Positions 37,327 through 49,833 of a stretch of 64,000 bases of DNA are shown in pieces. This DNA is from an uncultured Candidatus Saccharibacteria bacterium (GTDB taxonomy: Bacteria; Patescibacteriota; Saccharimonadia; Saccharimonadales; JAGQNK01), in NCBI GenBank assembly GCA_964636355.1, contig CAZWRG010000005.1:10744-74743 (forward strand). Reading direction: 5' to 3'. Within the stretch, counting starts at the first letter, position 1. Each line of letters begins with the position of its first letter. The notes below the pieces were generated by a model. The model searched no databases, had not been told where the DNA came from, and saw nothing but the letters and a program-made list of their open reading frames with translations. A program made the translations under genes and the position numbers.

Positions 37327-39003
37327 ATGACCAAAGATCCAAAAGACACGATTTATATTGATGTCGATGATGAAATAACCACTATTATTGATAAGCTGCA
37401 ATCTTCGCCTAAAAAGATCGTAGCACTGGTTTTGCCAAAGCGAGCGGCTGTGTTTCAGAGCATTGTCAACATGAAGCTTCTAAAGCGAACTGCCGATAAC
37501 ACCAAAAAACACGTTGTGCTGATTACCTCTGAAGCGGCTATTTTGCCGTTGGCTGGCGCGGTTGGTTTAAGGGTGGCTAAAACTTTGCAGAGTAAGCCTT
37601 TCATTCCAGCGCCGCCGAATATTGATGAGGCGCCGAGCGAGCCAGCTGCAGAGCTTAAAGGGGCCACTGATAAGCCGCTTGACCCTAATGCACCGGTTGG
37701 TGAGCTGGCCGGTTTACCAAATGATGACAGCGCTATTGAGATTGATAATAGTACGCCGGAACAGCCAGAAGAAAAGGCCTCAAAAAAACCAAGCAAAAGT
37801 TCTAAGAAAAATAAAAAAATAAAAATACCAAACTTTGATAGCTTTCGGACCAAGGCACTACTTGGAATTCTGGGTGTATTTGTATTAATTGGGCTGTGGA
37901 TTTTAGCGTTTAGAGTATTGCCCAAAGCGACAGTGACCCTAGCTACTGATACTTCAAATATTAATACCAGTTTTGACTTTACGGCTGATGTGAATGCCCA
38001 GCAGTTAGATGAGGAAAACGCGGTTCTGCCGGCTATTAGTAAAGAGTTTAGAAACACTGACACCGAGAAAGTTCCAGCCACTGGAGAAAAAGACAAAGGC
38101 ACTAAAGCCTCTGGAGTTGTGACTTTGTCGGTTGATTGTGGAGACGGACCAGTTACTGTGCCGGCCGGCACCGGTGTTAGCACAGGCAATTTGACATTTA
38201 TAACAGCCAGCAGCACCACAGTTGCTTCGTTCCCTGATACTTCCGGGGGTGGCTGTCAATTCCATAGTGATGTTGATGTAACCGCGCAAAACGCCGGCGA
38301 ACAATATAATCTCAGCTCTGGTAAAAGCTTCAACGTTTCTGGTTTTTCAGCCGTTTCCGGCTCTAATCCATCAGCTTTTAGCGGCGGCACTAGCCGAATA
38401 GTCAAAGTCGTCAAGCAAGAAGATATCGACAAAGCTAAAGACGCCATCAATAAGCGAGCTGGCAATGATGCACCGGAAGACTTAAAAGAAGACATCGAAA
38501 AAGAAGGCTATATGCCAATCGAGGAGACTCTAGTTGCCGGTGAGCCAACGGTCAGCAGTACATCAAAAGCTGGCGATGAAGCCAGCGAAGTTACAGTTAC
38601 GTCAACAGTGGTATTTACGATGATTGGCGTCAAAGAAGATGATTTATCTAAGCTAATTGAGGCAAAGGCTAAGCAGGATATTGACGAATCAAAACAGGCT
38701 ATTATTGACAACGGTTTAGATGAGGCAACCATACAAGTCAACCAAGCCGGTAGCGAGAGAGTCCAGCTATCGCTACAGGCAACTGTAGTGGCTGGTCCGG
38801 ATCTGGATATCGATGCCATCAGAGATGAAATAGCTGGTAAAAAGCGCGGTGAATCTCAGGAAATTATCAAGTCACGTCCTGGAATACGTGATGTAGAAAT
38901 TGCTTACAGTCCTTTTTGGGTGCAGTCTAATCCGAAAAACGTAAACAAGATTGACGTAATTTTTGAATCCCCGGAAAACGACGAAGAGCAAGATCGAAGA
39001 TGA
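37327..39003 (+). CDS. hypothetical bitopic membrane protein co-transcribed with ftsA
   Basis: 558 aa. Cytoplasmic N-domain, Pro/Glu/Lys-rich linker, TM helix ALLGILGVFVLIGLWILAF, and a roughly 370-aa extracytoplasmic domain. Starts 4 nt after the ftsA stop and overlaps the ruvX start. Confidence 0.6.
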   Translation: MTKDPKDTIYIDVDDEITTIIDKLQSSPKKIVALVLPKRAAVFQSIVNMKLLKRTADNTKKHVVLITSEAAILPLAGAVGLRVAKTLQSKPFIPAPPNIDEAPSEPAAELKGATDKPLDPNAPVGELAGLPNDDSAIEIDNSTPEQPEEKASKKPSKSSKKNKKIKIPNFDSFRTKALLGILGVFVLIGLWILAFRVLPKATVTLATDTSNINTSFDFTADVNAQQLDEENAVLPAISKEFRNTDTEKVPATGEKDKGTKASGVVTLSVDCGDGPVTVPAGTGVSTGNLTFITASSTTVASFPDTSGGGCQFHSDVDVTAQNAGEQYNLSSGKSFNVSGFSAVSGSNPSAFSGGTSRIVKVVKQEDIDKAKDAINKRAGNDAPEDLKEDIEKEGYMPIEETLVAGEPTVSSTSKAGDEASEVTVTSTVVFTMIGVKEDDLSKLIEAKAKQDIDESKQAIIDNGLDEATIQVNQAGSERVQLSLQATVVAGPDLDIDAIRDEIAGKKRGESQEIIKSRPGIRDVEIAYSPFWVQSNPKNVNKIDVIFESPENDEEQDRR

Positions 39004-39425
39004 GCGACATTTTAGCACTTGACGTAGGTAATGTGCGGATCGGAGTGGCCAGGGCGAATTCAATTGCCAAAATAGCTGAACCGCTAATAACGCTAAGTCA
39101 ATCGGAAGACATTTTTAAGCAACTCGAAGTATTGATAAATAAACATGAGGTTAGTACTGTGGTAGTTGGGCTGCCAAGAAGCCTGGATGGAAATGAAACC
39201 AAGCAGACTTTAATTAGTCGTCAATTCGCGGGCAACCTAAAAAAACACTTCCCGCATTTAGAGGTTGTTTTTAGCGACGAAGCTTTAACGTCTCATAAAG
39301 CCAAACAAGAGCTGCATCTTAAGGGCCGAATCTCCACCAAGGGTGACATTGACGCCCTGGCGGCAACTTATATTTTAGAAGATTACTTAAGCGAGGTTGG
39401 AGATTATGAAACAATCAAAAACTGA
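39000..39425 (+). CDS. ruvX: Holliday junction resolvase-like pre-16S rRNA nuclease RuvX/YqgF
   Basis: ILALDVGNVRIGVA..., VVVGLPRSLDGNETKQ and the ..DEALTS.. motifs of the YqgF family. Confidence 0.85.
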   Translation: MSDILALDVGNVRIGVARANSIAKIAEPLITLSQSEDIFKQLEVLINKHEVSTVVVGLPRSLDGNETKQTLISRQFAGNLKKHFPHLEVVFSDEALTSHKAKQELHLKGRISTKGDIDALAATYILEDYLSEVGDYETIKN

Positions 39426-40503
39426 TAACTCTAAAAAGCCCAATCATTGGTTAAGGATTTTCTTGATAGTAGCCACCGCCATGGTGTTATTGATAGTGGC
39501 TGGAGTTTTTACGGTAAGACGCACTTACGAGGACGGCTTGAAGCCAGTCAGTTCATCTAATCAAACGATATTATTCACGGTTCCTAAAGGCGCCTCTGTA
39601 AAAGAAACCGCTCAGTCGCTTGAGCAAGAGGGTTTAATTCGCTCCTCGCGGTCGTTTGAGTGGTATTTTAGAACAAATAACCTAAGAGAGTACTTAAAAG
39701 CTGGCACTTATAATTTAAGACCCAGTTTGTCGGCTCAGGAAATTGCCGGAATATTGACTGAAGGTCGGATCGCGACCGGTCTTATAACTATCTTGCCCGG
39801 TCAGAGAATCGATCAGATAAAAAACTCGCTAATCAATGATTATGGATTTAACGAGGCCGCGGTGGAGGCAGCTCTGAAGCCATCAGCTTATCCTAATCAT
39901 CCCGCCTTGGTAGATAAGCCCAAGAATGCTGGGCTTGAGGGTTATTTGTATCCTGAATCTTTCCAAAATACTTCGCAAACCACTCCAAAGTCCGTAATAG
40001 AGGCATCACTCGATCAAATGGCGGCCGCTCTGACACCAGAGGTCAGGCAGGGTATAAACGAGCAAGGGTTGAGCATTTATGAAGGCATAAAACTCGCTTC
40101 AATAATAGAAAGGGAAGTCGGCCACGCTGATAATCAGAAGGATTTAGAGGATAAGAAAATCGTTGCTCAGGTTTTTCTGAGGCGCTTGAGAGGTGACATT
40201 CCGCTGCAGTCCGACGCGACTGCCAGCTACGGCGCGGTTTTGGCGGGGCGTGACTTATCGACGATGCCAAAAGCAGCGGTCTTAAGATTTGAATCGCCGT
40301 ATAATACTTACCTCCATAAAGACCTAACCCCGACACCAATCAGCAACGTTAGTACTAATTCGCTGAAAGCCGTCGCTGCGCCGGCTAAGACTAACTATTT
40401 GTACTTCCTATCAGATGATAATTGTGTGACTCGCTTTAGTATGACTCTTGAAGAACATGAGGCCAATATATCGAAGTACCTAACTTCTGGTTGTGGTAGC
40501 TAA
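39397..40503 (+). CDS. mltG: endolytic transglycosylase MltG (YceG-like)
   Basis: N-terminal TM helix, GTYNLRPSLSAQEI, EGYLYPE, ASIIEREV and PYNTYL..LTPTPISN motifs. Confidence 0.88.
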   Translation: MEIMKQSKTDNSKKPNHWLRIFLIVATAMVLLIVAGVFTVRRTYEDGLKPVSSSNQTILFTVPKGASVKETAQSLEQEGLIRSSRSFEWYFRTNNLREYLKAGTYNLRPSLSAQEIAGILTEGRIATGLITILPGQRIDQIKNSLINDYGFNEAAVEAALKPSAYPNHPALVDKPKNAGLEGYLYPESFQNTSQTTPKSVIEASLDQMAAALTPEVRQGINEQGLSIYEGIKLASIIEREVGHADNQKDLEDKKIVAQVFLRRLRGDIPLQSDATASYGAVLAGRDLSTMPKAAVLRFESPYNTYLHKDLTPTPISNVSTNSLKAVAAPAKTNYLYFLSDDNCVTRFSMTLEEHEANISKYLTSGCGS

Positions 40504-40682
40504 CAGAGGTGGCTCGATAATCACTAATTCCCCAGTGGATTGATTTTTATGCTTAAATTTGATATTCTTAGCCTGCAACTTTTTAATACCTAATGAAATA
40601 TATGGAGTGTTAAAACTGTTGCCTAATGATGCTCTTTTATTACTAAATAGCTTTATTAGTTTCATTCGTTAAGTCGAATGAC

Positions 40683-41807
40683 ATGGAGATTCGTATTCGT
40701 ACCATTTCAAAAGTACTAGACCAGCGAGCTGGTTCGACTAAATTAGTAAAAAAATACCAACGATCATTGGCACGTGGTGTTAAAAAACATCGCAAAAAAA
40801 TGATTCGTTTTGGTTTGCTGGGGGCTAATCTAGCGTTGCTAGTTGGGGTAATTAGTTTTGTAGCTAATAATCCCGGCTCAGGACAGGCAGTGCGTCAAAA
40901 TGCTCTCAGTGGTGACACTATGGCTGCTAATCCATTAGATCAGCTGTCGTCATCTGATATTGCAGTTCATTTGGCTAATATGGCTAGCTTGCCAGAGTCA
41001 GTGGCGATTGCTAACCAGGCCGATACTATCAGCGTCCAAATGGCTGTCAGTTCGGCCGATAATACGATTGTTGCTAAGCCGCAAGTGGTAAACACCGATA
41101 GTAAATCATATCTGGACATCGAAAAATATATCGTTAAGCCCGGCGATACTTTTGCCAGTCTGGCGGCAAAATTTGGTGTAACTTCCGATAGTATTCGATG
41201 GTCAAATGACTTAGGTTCATCATTGCCAGTAGGCAGAACTATTTATATTCCACCAGTTACCGGAATCGTTTATGTCGTTAAGCCCGGCGATACCCCGGAG
41301 AAATTAGCCCAGGACTTCTCAGCTAACAAAGACGCCATAATTAGTTTTAATGATGCCGAGCTGAGCGGACTTAGAGTAGGCCGTCGGATCGTTATACCGG
41401 ATGGAATCAAAAGAGAAGCATTTGCAGTCGGCTCATTCGCGGCTAGTCGTCCTTACTCTGGCTGGTCAGCATCATACGGGGCTAATGGCTATGATTATGG
41501 ATGGTGTACTTGGCACGCTGCTAATCGCCGAGCACAAATTGGCCGTCCGATTCCAAGTAATATGGGTAATGCTATCTCTTGGCTGGGAGCCTCGCAGGCT
41601 GCCGGGCTAAGTAATGGTAGTCGGCCGCAAGCCGGCGCCGTGGTTTATCACCTCAATATTGGCGGCTGGGGCCATGTGGCATTCGTGGAAAAAATTAATC
41701 CTGACGGCTCGGCGCTGGTTTCAGACATGAACTATCCTATTTGGGGCAGTGTCACTCACCGAACAATATCACCTAGTGAGTTCGGCAATTACCGATTTAT
41801 CTACTAA
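40683..41807 (+). CDS. peptidoglycan hydrolase with two LysM domains and a C-terminal CHAP domain
   Basis: TM anchor. LysM repeats YIVKPGDTFASLAAKFGV.. and YVVKPGDTPEKLAQDF... CHAP-like YGWCTWHAANRR..GAVVYH..GWGHVAFVEKI. Confidence 0.85.
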   Translation: MEIRIRTISKVLDQRAGSTKLVKKYQRSLARGVKKHRKKMIRFGLLGANLALLVGVISFVANNPGSGQAVRQNALSGDTMAANPLDQLSSSDIAVHLANMASLPESVAIANQADTISVQMAVSSADNTIVAKPQVVNTDSKSYLDIEKYIVKPGDTFASLAAKFGVTSDSIRWSNDLGSSLPVGRTIYIPPVTGIVYVVKPGDTPEKLAQDFSANKDAIISFNDAELSGLRVGRRIVIPDGIKREAFAVGSFAASRPYSGWSASYGANGYDYGWCTWHAANRRAQIGRPIPSNMGNAISWLGASQAAGLSNGSRPQAGAVVYHLNIGGWGHVAFVEKINPDGSALVSDMNYPIWGSVTHRTISPSEFGNYRFIY

Positions 41808-41825
41808 GCGCCTCTGTTAATTTAA

Positions 41826-43127
<1,302 letters not shown>

Positions 43128-43159
43128 GTCGTTAAATAGGGTGTTAAACTAGATGGGTA

Positions 43160-44599
43160 ATGACTAACAGCCTGTTTTTTTATGACCTTGAAACCACCGG
43201 ACTCAACCCCCGGGAAAGTAGAATAATACAGTTTGCTGGCCAGAGAACAGATCTAAACTTAGAGCCAATTGGCGAGCCTTACAATATTTTAATCAAGCTT
43301 AGCAATGATGTTTTGCCAGATCCAAACGCAATATTAGTCACCGGCATAACTCCTCAAAAAACCATTGATGAAGGCATCACGGAGGCTGAGTTTTTGCGCA
43401 TTTTTCATGAGGAGATCGCAGTCCCGGGGACGATCTTTGCTGGCTTTAATACCATCCGTTTTGATGATGAATTTATGCGCTATTTGATGTACCGCAATTT
43501 CTACGACGCTTATGAATGGCAATGGCAGGACAGTCGCTCGCGGTGGGATATTCTTGATTTGGTGAGAATGACCAGGGCTCTGAGGCCAGAAGGAATCAAC
43601 TGGCCGGTTGACAGCCAGGGTCAGCCAACCAATCGTTTAGAGCAACTAACAGCCTTAAACGGTCTTGATCATCAGGCGGCTCATGATGCGCTTAGCGACG
43701 TTGAGGCCACCATCGGAGTCGCCCGGCTAATTCGTAAATTGCAGCCCAAGTTATTTGATTATTTGCTTAGCATGCGCCACAAAAAAGCAGTTAATGAGCT
43801 AGTTGATAGTAATCAGCCATTTGTTTATACATCCGGCAGGTACGAAAATGAGTTTGAAAAAACCACCGTGGCGGTAAAGTTGTGTGACCACCCGCGGTTT
43901 GGGGCGTTGGTTTATGACTTGCGGTATGATCCTGAGATTTTTCATCAAATGGACAACGCATCGTTGCTGGAAGGTTTGAAAAGTCGCCAAAACACTGATA
44001 ACCAAAAGCTGCCCGTAAAAATATTACGGGCAAATCGCTGCCCAGCGATAGCGCCGGTTAGCGTTATGGACCAAAAGAGCTTCTCACGCATTAAGCTACA
44101 GCCCAGTAATTATGAGTCTAATTTTAAAAAGCTAAACGCTGTAAAAGAAAGTTTTTGTCCAAAAGTTTTAGAGGTATTTACAAAACTCCAAAAGGAGCGG
44201 GATCACCAACCGCCAGCCAGAGAAAGCACCGACGTTGATGCTCGGCTATATGAAGCTTTTATTGAGGCGGATGATAAAAATTCAATGAGTGTGGTTCGGG
44301 CGGCTGAGCCAAGTGAACTCGGCTCATTAAATGTTGATTTTAAGGATGACCGTTTAAATGAACTGCTGCCGATTTATAAAGCCCGCAATTATCCAAAATC
44401 ATTAACCAGCGAAGAGCTAAAGGCGTGGGACGAACATCGGAAAAATAAATTATTATCTGACGGTCAGGAAAGTCGAGCCGCTAAATATTTTGCTCAGTTA
44501 ACAGAGATCGCCCAGCGACCTGACTTAACCACCAATGATCAGTACTTGCTTGAAGAGCTTAAGCTTTACGGCGAGTCAATTATGCCCGTTTTCGATTAA
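43160..44599 (+). CDS. sbcB: exodeoxyribonuclease I
   Basis: DEDDh motifs FFYDLETTGL, FNTIRFDDEF and HDALSDV, with the ExoI-type C-terminal domains (479 aa). Confidence 0.88.
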   Translation: MTNSLFFYDLETTGLNPRESRIIQFAGQRTDLNLEPIGEPYNILIKLSNDVLPDPNAILVTGITPQKTIDEGITEAEFLRIFHEEIAVPGTIFAGFNTIRFDDEFMRYLMYRNFYDAYEWQWQDSRSRWDILDLVRMTRALRPEGINWPVDSQGQPTNRLEQLTALNGLDHQAAHDALSDVEATIGVARLIRKLQPKLFDYLLSMRHKKAVNELVDSNQPFVYTSGRYENEFEKTTVAVKLCDHPRFGALVYDLRYDPEIFHQMDNASLLEGLKSRQNTDNQKLPVKILRANRCPAIAPVSVMDQKSFSRIKLQPSNYESNFKKLNAVKESFCPKVLEVFTKLQKERDHQPPARESTDVDARLYEAFIEADDKNSMSVVRAAEPSELGSLNVDFKDDRLNELLPIYKARNYPKSLTSEELKAWDEHRKNKLLSDGQESRAAKYFAQLTEIAQRPDLTTNDQYLLEELKLYGESIMPVFD

Positions 44600-44786
44600 A
44601 AAAGTGTTGGGTGTCAACAATCTTGTGAGCTAATTTGTTTAAAGCAGCAGCCGATTTTTGCAACTCGTGACGAGAAAGTAACAATTTGGTGGCCACTAGG
44701 CAAAGTGCCAGCGCCAAAAATAACTCTCTTAGATTGAATTGAAATGAGGTTCCAGGTATTTGACCGAGTACGATTAGCTCTAACAT
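44580..44786 (-). CDS. doubtful small hydrophobic ORF
   Basis: 68-aa ORF overlapping the sbcB 3' end by 20 nt. One hydrophobic stretch and no other support. Confidence 0.2.
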   Translation of the reverse strand: MLELIVLGQIPGTSFQFNLRELFLALALCLVATKLLLSRHELQKSAAALNKLAHKIVDTQHFFNRKRA

Positions 44787-44890
44787 TTAATCAGCCTTTT
44801 AATTCTTACAAACCAATATAAATGAAAAAACTACATTGTCAATAATATTGTGTAAGCTGCAAGTTTATATTCTTAAAGCTTATGCTTGAA

Positions 44891-45307
44891 TTATCTTTTC
44901 AGAGATTTTTTGATAAATTTCTTAAACCTGGCCCAGCGGTCGCGGTTACCAAAAAATGTAAGTAGGCTCATGCTCAAACTAAATAACCCGACCGCTAGTA
45001 GCAGCTGGCTATTATGGATCACTACCAAAGTTACTCCTATAACTAGTAGGCAGGGCCACACAATGTCAAAAAATAATCTTAATCGCGGCAGAAAGATGAG
45101 GTCGCTGATTTTATCGGCATGTTCTTTAAGTAGGTCGATATATTTTTCGGCCCATTCGTGATTGATGGCCAGCAGACTGAGGCCAATTAAAAACAGTGGG
45201 ATACCGCCGGGGCCGGGCAGCCAACCGGTGGCTAGGGCAGCAATCATAAAAATCACTGCTAAAATGTCTAAAATTATCAGCTGGGTTAAATGCTTTATCT
45301 TACCCAT
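44891..45307 (-). CDS. PGPGW-motif small membrane protein
   Basis: WLPGPGGIPLFLIGLSLL motif and three to four TM helices. Confidence 0.6.
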   Translation of the reverse strand: MGKIKHLTQLIILDILAVIFMIAALATGWLPGPGGIPLFLIGLSLLAINHEWAEKYIDLLKEHADKISDLIFLPRLRLFFDIVWPCLLVIGVTLVVIHNSQLLLAVGLFSLSMSLLTFFGNRDRWARFKKFIKKSLKR

Positions 45308-45321
45308 GCTTTGATTATAGC

Positions 45322-46143
45322 TTAGTTGCCGGATTGATAGCTACCGAGAAACAGCACTTCGCAGTTTTGATTAGCCAATTCTTGGGCAATATCCTCAAAA
45401 ACCGGATTGTCTTTGGAAATACCGATGTCCACATAAAACATATAATTCCAGGCTTTGCCGATAATCGGCCGGGACTGCAGCTTAAACAAATTGACATTGT
45501 ATTTTGCAAATACGCCCAGGGCTTTATATAGCGAGCCTGGTTGGTGGCTAGTGATTAATACCAGCGAACTTTTGTCAGCGCTATTTGCTATCAGGGTTTG
45601 CTTGCTTAGGGCGATAAAACGAGTGTAATTATGCTTATTGGACTCAATGCCCTCGGCTAGTATTTTCAGGCCATGTAATTCGGCCGCCTTAGCGCTGGCG
45701 ATGGCCGCTTTTTTGGGATCATTCCATGATTTTACATCTTGAACACTAGCGGCCGTATCATGATGCTCAAATCTGTTAGCCTGGGCAAGCTTAGCTTCTA
45801 GAAAATCTTCACATTGAGCCATGGCCACCGGGTGCGAGTATACTTCACTGATATCTTCGAGCCTTGCGTCTGGCAGACCAATTAAACATTGGCTGATTTG
45901 GAGATAAACTTCTCCAATAATACTGAACTTATGTTTTAAAAGCAGATCATAAACCAAGTTGATCGAACCATATAACGAGTTTTCGATAGCCACCATAGCG
46001 AACTCGGCTTTATCCTGTTTTAGATGAGCAAAACATTCTGCGAAAGTGTCGCAACTTATAGTTTCTAAGTTATTATCAGCAAAGAATTTTCGGGCCGCAA
46101 TGTCATGAAAAGACGCCTCGGCCCCTTGAATAGCAACTTTCAT
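45322..46143 (-). CDS. pheA: prephenate dehydratase
   Basis: MKVAIQGAEASFHD start, PDT domain, and a C-terminal ACT domain (SLVLITSHQPGSLYKALGVFAKYNVNLFKLQSRP). The ORF is open to 46173; ATG 46143 is preferred. Confidence 0.85.
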   Translation of the reverse strand: MKVAIQGAEASFHDIAARKFFADNNLETISCDTFAECFAHLKQDKAEFAMVAIENSLYGSINLVYDLLLKHKFSIIGEVYLQISQCLIGLPDARLEDISEVYSHPVAMAQCEDFLEAKLAQANRFEHHDTAASVQDVKSWNDPKKAAIASAKAAELHGLKILAEGIESNKHNYTRFIALSKQTLIANSADKSSLVLITSHQPGSLYKALGVFAKYNVNLFKLQSRPIIGKAWNYMFYVDIGISKDNPVFEDIAQELANQNCEVLFLGSYQSGN

Positions 46144-46240
46144 ACAATCCAATCCTAGCATAATAGCAGTCACAACCGAACCGAAAGTAACTCATTATGC
46201 ATAGAATATAATTGGGTTTTAGTGTATAATTTGTTCGTTT

Positions 46241-49051
46241 ATGAGTGGAAATATAGATATTAAGGGCGCCCGCGAGCACAATCTTAAAAACATCGATGTG
46301 TCTATCCCGCGGGAGAAGTTGGTGGTGATTACTGGACTGTCTGGTTCGGGTAAGTCGTCGCTGGCTTTTGATACAATTTATGCCGAAGGGCAGCGCCGTT
46401 ATGTGGAATCTTTGAGTGCCTATGCTCGGCAATTCTTGGGTCTTATGGAAAAGCCTGACGTTGATCAAATTGACGGTTTGTCGCCAGCGATTTCTATCGA
46501 TCAAAAATCTACCAGCCGTAACCCGCGCAGTACGGTGGCGACAGTTACTGAAATTTATGATTATTTGAGGTTATTGTTTGCTCGTATCGGCATTCCGCAT
46601 TGTCCAATTTGCGGCAAGCCGGTAGAGCGCCAAACTACTCAAGCAATTATCGAGCAAGTTAAAATGCTGCCAGAGAAGGCTCGTTTGATGATCTTATCGC
46701 CTGTGGTTCAAGATAAAAAAGGCGCTTTTGAGCACATACCGGAGCAGTATCAGCGAGCTGGTTTCGCCAGGGCCAGGGTTGATGGTGTAGTTTATTCCTT
46801 GGATGAATTTCCGGAGCTGGACAAGAATTACAAGCACACGATTGATATTGTTGTAGACCGACTGGTAAATGAAGAGTCGAGCCATGGCAGACTGGCTCAG
46901 AGTGTTGAGCAAGCGATTGAGGTTGCTGACGGAAAGCTGAAAGTTCTCGATGCTGATTCAAATGAAGAGTTTGTATACAGCCTAATGTATGCTTGCATAG
47001 ATCATCCGGATGTAGCGATTCCGGAGCTTGAGCCTAGAACTTTTAGTTTTAATAGTCCTCATGGGGCTTGCCCAGTCTGTACTGGCCTAGGCTCACGACT
47101 AGAGGTTGACCCGGAGCTGGTTATCCCAAATGGTCGACTGACCATTGCTGAAGGTGCTATTCGTCCATTTAATCGTATAAGTTCTGACGCCTGGTATACC
47201 AAAAAAATGCAGGCCGTAGCTGATAAATATGGCTTCTCGCTGCATGTGCCGACAGGTGAGCTGTCTCAGCAGCACTTAGAATATATTTTATACGGAACCG
47301 GCAATCAAAAGTATCGAATCTCACTGGGAACGGGACGTAGTTTTGAGACAACTTATGAAGGAGTGATTCCCAATCTTGAGCGACGTCACAAAGAAACCGA
47401 CAGTGATTTTATGCGCCGTGATATCGAACGATTTATGCGCGAGCGCCCTTGTCATGTTTGTAACGGCAAGCGCTTAAGACCTGAGGTGCTGGCGGTAACA
47501 GTCGCCAGACATTCAATTATGGATATCTGTGAGATGTCGATCGACGAAGCGATTGATTTTTTCAACAACATTAAATTAAATGCCAAAGAGTCGCAAATTG
47601 CCAATCAAGTAACCAAGGAAATCTGCGCCCGGCTTAAGTTCATGCAGGATGTGGGTCTGAATTATTTGAATCTACTTAGAAGTGCCGCTACTTTATCAGG
47701 CGGTGAGGCTCAACGAATCAGACTGGCAACTCAGATAGGCTCCGGATTGCAGGGAGTGTTGTACGTTTTAGACGAACCGAGCATTGGCCTTCACCAGCGC
47801 GACAACGAACGCTTAATATCAACTCTTAAACATCTGCGTGATTTAGGTAACACTGTTCTGGTTGTCGAGCACGACGAAGACACCATTAGAACGGCCGATT
47901 ATTTGTTGGACATCGGCCCAGGCGCTGGAGTTCATGGTGGCAAAGTGGTGGCAGCCGGCAAGCCGGAAGAAGTTCAAAAAGTTGCTGGCAGCATAACTGG
48001 CGAATATTTGAAGGGCGTCAGGTCAATTGATGTTCCTAAAAAACGACGCTCTGGTAATGGCAAATCACTGATTATAAAGGGCGCTAAGGAAAACAATCTA
48101 AAGAATATTGACGTGGAAATTCCGCTTGGCCAAATGGTAGTCGTTAGTGGCGTTTCCGGCTCTGGTAAATCGAGCCTAGTAAATGATATTTTAGCCAAAG
48201 AGCTTTCAGCTAGACTGATGCGGGCTAATAGTGTGCCTGGTCGCCATGAAGACATTGAAGGTGTTAAGCAGCTAGATAAAGTGATAGTAATTGATCAGTC
48301 GCCGATTGGCCGCACGCCGCGCTCCAATCCGGCTACCTATACTGGATTATTTACTCCAATAAGAGAGCTGTTTTCAAACACTCCAGAAGCTAAAATCAGA
48401 GGCTATAATCCAGGCAGATTCAGCTTTAATGTGCGCGGTGGTAGGTGTGAGAACTGTTCTGGCGATGGAATTATAAAAATTGAAATGCATTTCTTGCCGG
48501 ATGTTTACGTCCCCTGCGAGGTTTGCGGCGGCAAACGCTACAATAAAGAAGCCCTGGAAATTCACTACAAGGGCAAGTCAATCAGTGATGTGCTGGAGAT
48601 GACTTGTGATACTGCACTGGAATTTTTTGAAAATATTCCGTCAATTGCTCGCAAACTACAAACTTTAGTTGACGTCGGTTTGGGCTATATAAAGCTCGGC
48701 CAATCAGCCACAACGCTTTCGGGCGGCGAAGCTCAGCGCATCAAATTAGCCAGCGAATTATCAAGGCGACCAACCGGAAAAACCCTGTACATTCTTGACG
48801 AACCTACCACCGGACTGCACATGGATGATGTTAAAAAACTTCTAAAAGTTTTACATGCTCTAGTCGATACCGGCAACAGTATGATTATCATTGAGCACAA
48901 TCTGGATGTTATCAAAAACGCTGACTGGGTAATTGATATGGGGCCCGAAGGCGGAGCGGCAGGTGGTGAGGTTGTAGCCCAGGGCTCGCCGGACACTATT
49001 GCCAAGAATGATCGGTCGCACACCGGTAAGTTTTTAAAAGCGATGCTTTAA
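46241..49051 (+). CDS. uvrA: excinuclease ABC subunit A
   Basis: 936 aa. Two ABC modules ([26 protein letters not shown] x2) and zinc modules CPICG, CPVCTG, CHVCNG and [14 protein letters not shown]. Confidence 0.95.
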   Translation: MSGNIDIKGAREHNLKNIDVSIPREKLVVITGLSGSGKSSLAFDTIYAEGQRRYVESLSAYARQFLGLMEKPDVDQIDGLSPAISIDQKSTSRNPRSTVATVTEIYDYLRLLFARIGIPHCPICGKPVERQTTQAIIEQVKMLPEKARLMILSPVVQDKKGAFEHIPEQYQRAGFARARVDGVVYSLDEFPELDKNYKHTIDIVVDRLVNEESSHGRLAQSVEQAIEVADGKLKVLDADSNEEFVYSLMYACIDHPDVAIPELEPRTFSFNSPHGACPVCTGLGSRLEVDPELVIPNGRLTIAEGAIRPFNRISSDAWYTKKMQAVADKYGFSLHVPTGELSQQHLEYILYGTGNQKYRISLGTGRSFETTYEGVIPNLERRHKETDSDFMRRDIERFMRERPCHVCNGKRLRPEVLAVTVARHSIMDICEMSIDEAIDFFNNIKLNAKESQIANQVTKEICARLKFMQDVGLNYLNLLRSAATLSGGEAQRIRLATQIGSGLQGVLYVLDEPSIGLHQRDNERLISTLKHLRDLGNTVLVVEHDEDTIRTADYLLDIGPGAGVHGGKVVAAGKPEEVQKVAGSITGEYLKGVRSIDVPKKRRSGNGKSLIIKGAKENNLKNIDVEIPLGQMVVVSGVSGSGKSSLVNDILAKELSARLMRANSVPGRHEDIEGVKQLDKVIVIDQSPIGRTPRSNPATYTGLFTPIRELFSNTPEAKIRGYNPGRFSFNVRGGRCENCSGDGIIKIEMHFLPDVYVPCEVCGGKRYNKEALEIHYKGKSISDVLEMTCDTALEFFENIPSIARKLQTLVDVGLGYIKLGQSATTLSGGEAQRIKLASELSRRPTGKTLYILDEPTTGLHMDDVKKLLKVLHALVDTGNSMIIIEHNLDVIKNADWVIDMGPEGGAAGGEVVAQGSPDTIAKNDRSHTGKFLKAML

Positions 49052-49057
49052 GTATCG

Positions 49058-49756
49058 TCAGTCAACTCGTTTGTTGAGAGTGACATATCGCAGCAAGCGC
49101 TTAACCTGAGTGGACACAAGTAAAAATAATTTTTGGCGAGAGGTTGGATCTCTTAAAATCGGAATCAGCGGCGGAATGAAGGTCGCAAACAGCGCCAGTA
49201 CTACAATTGGCCCAAGATACGAGCCAAGATCAGGTATTTTACTACCTAAGAAATAGCCCAGTAAAGGGACGCTAATACCCCATATAAGTGCCCCGAGGAC
49301 GTTATAAAACATAAAGCTTTTTCGGTCCATCTTGGCGACACCGGCAATCATCGGTGCGAAAGTCCTAATTACTGGCACAAATCGAGCTAGGGTAACTGTT
49401 TTGCCGCCGTGAATCTTATAAAAGCTCTCGGCTCGCTGAATATGATCTTTTCGGAAAAACAGTCCATCATCTTTGCGGAATATTCGTTTGCCAGCTCGCC
49501 GGCCGATTGTATAGCCGACGTTATCGCCTAAAATCGCTCCGACAACAATACATAAAATCAGCCACTCAATTGATAATAATCCCTGGGCTGCAAAAAATCC
49601 GGACATAAAAAGTAAAGTGTCACCACCAGGTAGCAATATACCGATCAGTAGCGCCGATTCGGCGAAAATGATACCGCCAATTAGCAGCGCGCCGCCAGTT
49701 TGTACTATTTTTTCAGGACTGAGACCAATCATAATATCTGACAAGCAGTTTAGCAC
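49058..49756 (-). CDS. DedA family membrane protein
   Basis: LLPGGDTLLF and RFVPVIRTFAPMIAG motifs. GTG at 49756 or ATG at 49732 are possible starts. Confidence 0.8.
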   Translation of the reverse strand: MLNCLSDIMIGLSPEKIVQTGGALLIGGIIFAESALLIGILLPGGDTLLFMSGFFAAQGLLSIEWLILCIVVGAILGDNVGYTIGRRAGKRIFRKDDGLFFRKDHIQRAESFYKIHGGKTVTLARFVPVIRTFAPMIAGVAKMDRKSFMFYNVLGALIWGISVPLLGYFLGSKIPDLGSYLGPIVVLALFATFIPPLIPILRDPTSRQKLFLLVSTQVKRLLRYVTLNKRVD

Positions 49757-49833
49757 AGATCTACCAAATCAGCCGTAGTGAAAATCTGCTATAATAAGTT
49801 TGATCGGAATAACTACTGAGGGTAAGGAGGCCT

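Noticed and set aside
37455-38219. A 254-aa ORF on the minus strand.
   Set aside because: It lies entirely antisense within the 558-aa gene at 37327-39003 and is a low-complexity mirror of that gene's Ser/Thr/Pro-rich region. It has no RBS and no motif.
46103-46504. A 133-aa minus-strand ORF across the pheA-uvrA intergenic region.
   Set aside because: It overlaps the uvrA 5' coding region antisense and the pheA upstream region. It has no RBS or motif, and the extended pheA N-terminus (46144-46173) is also unlikely.
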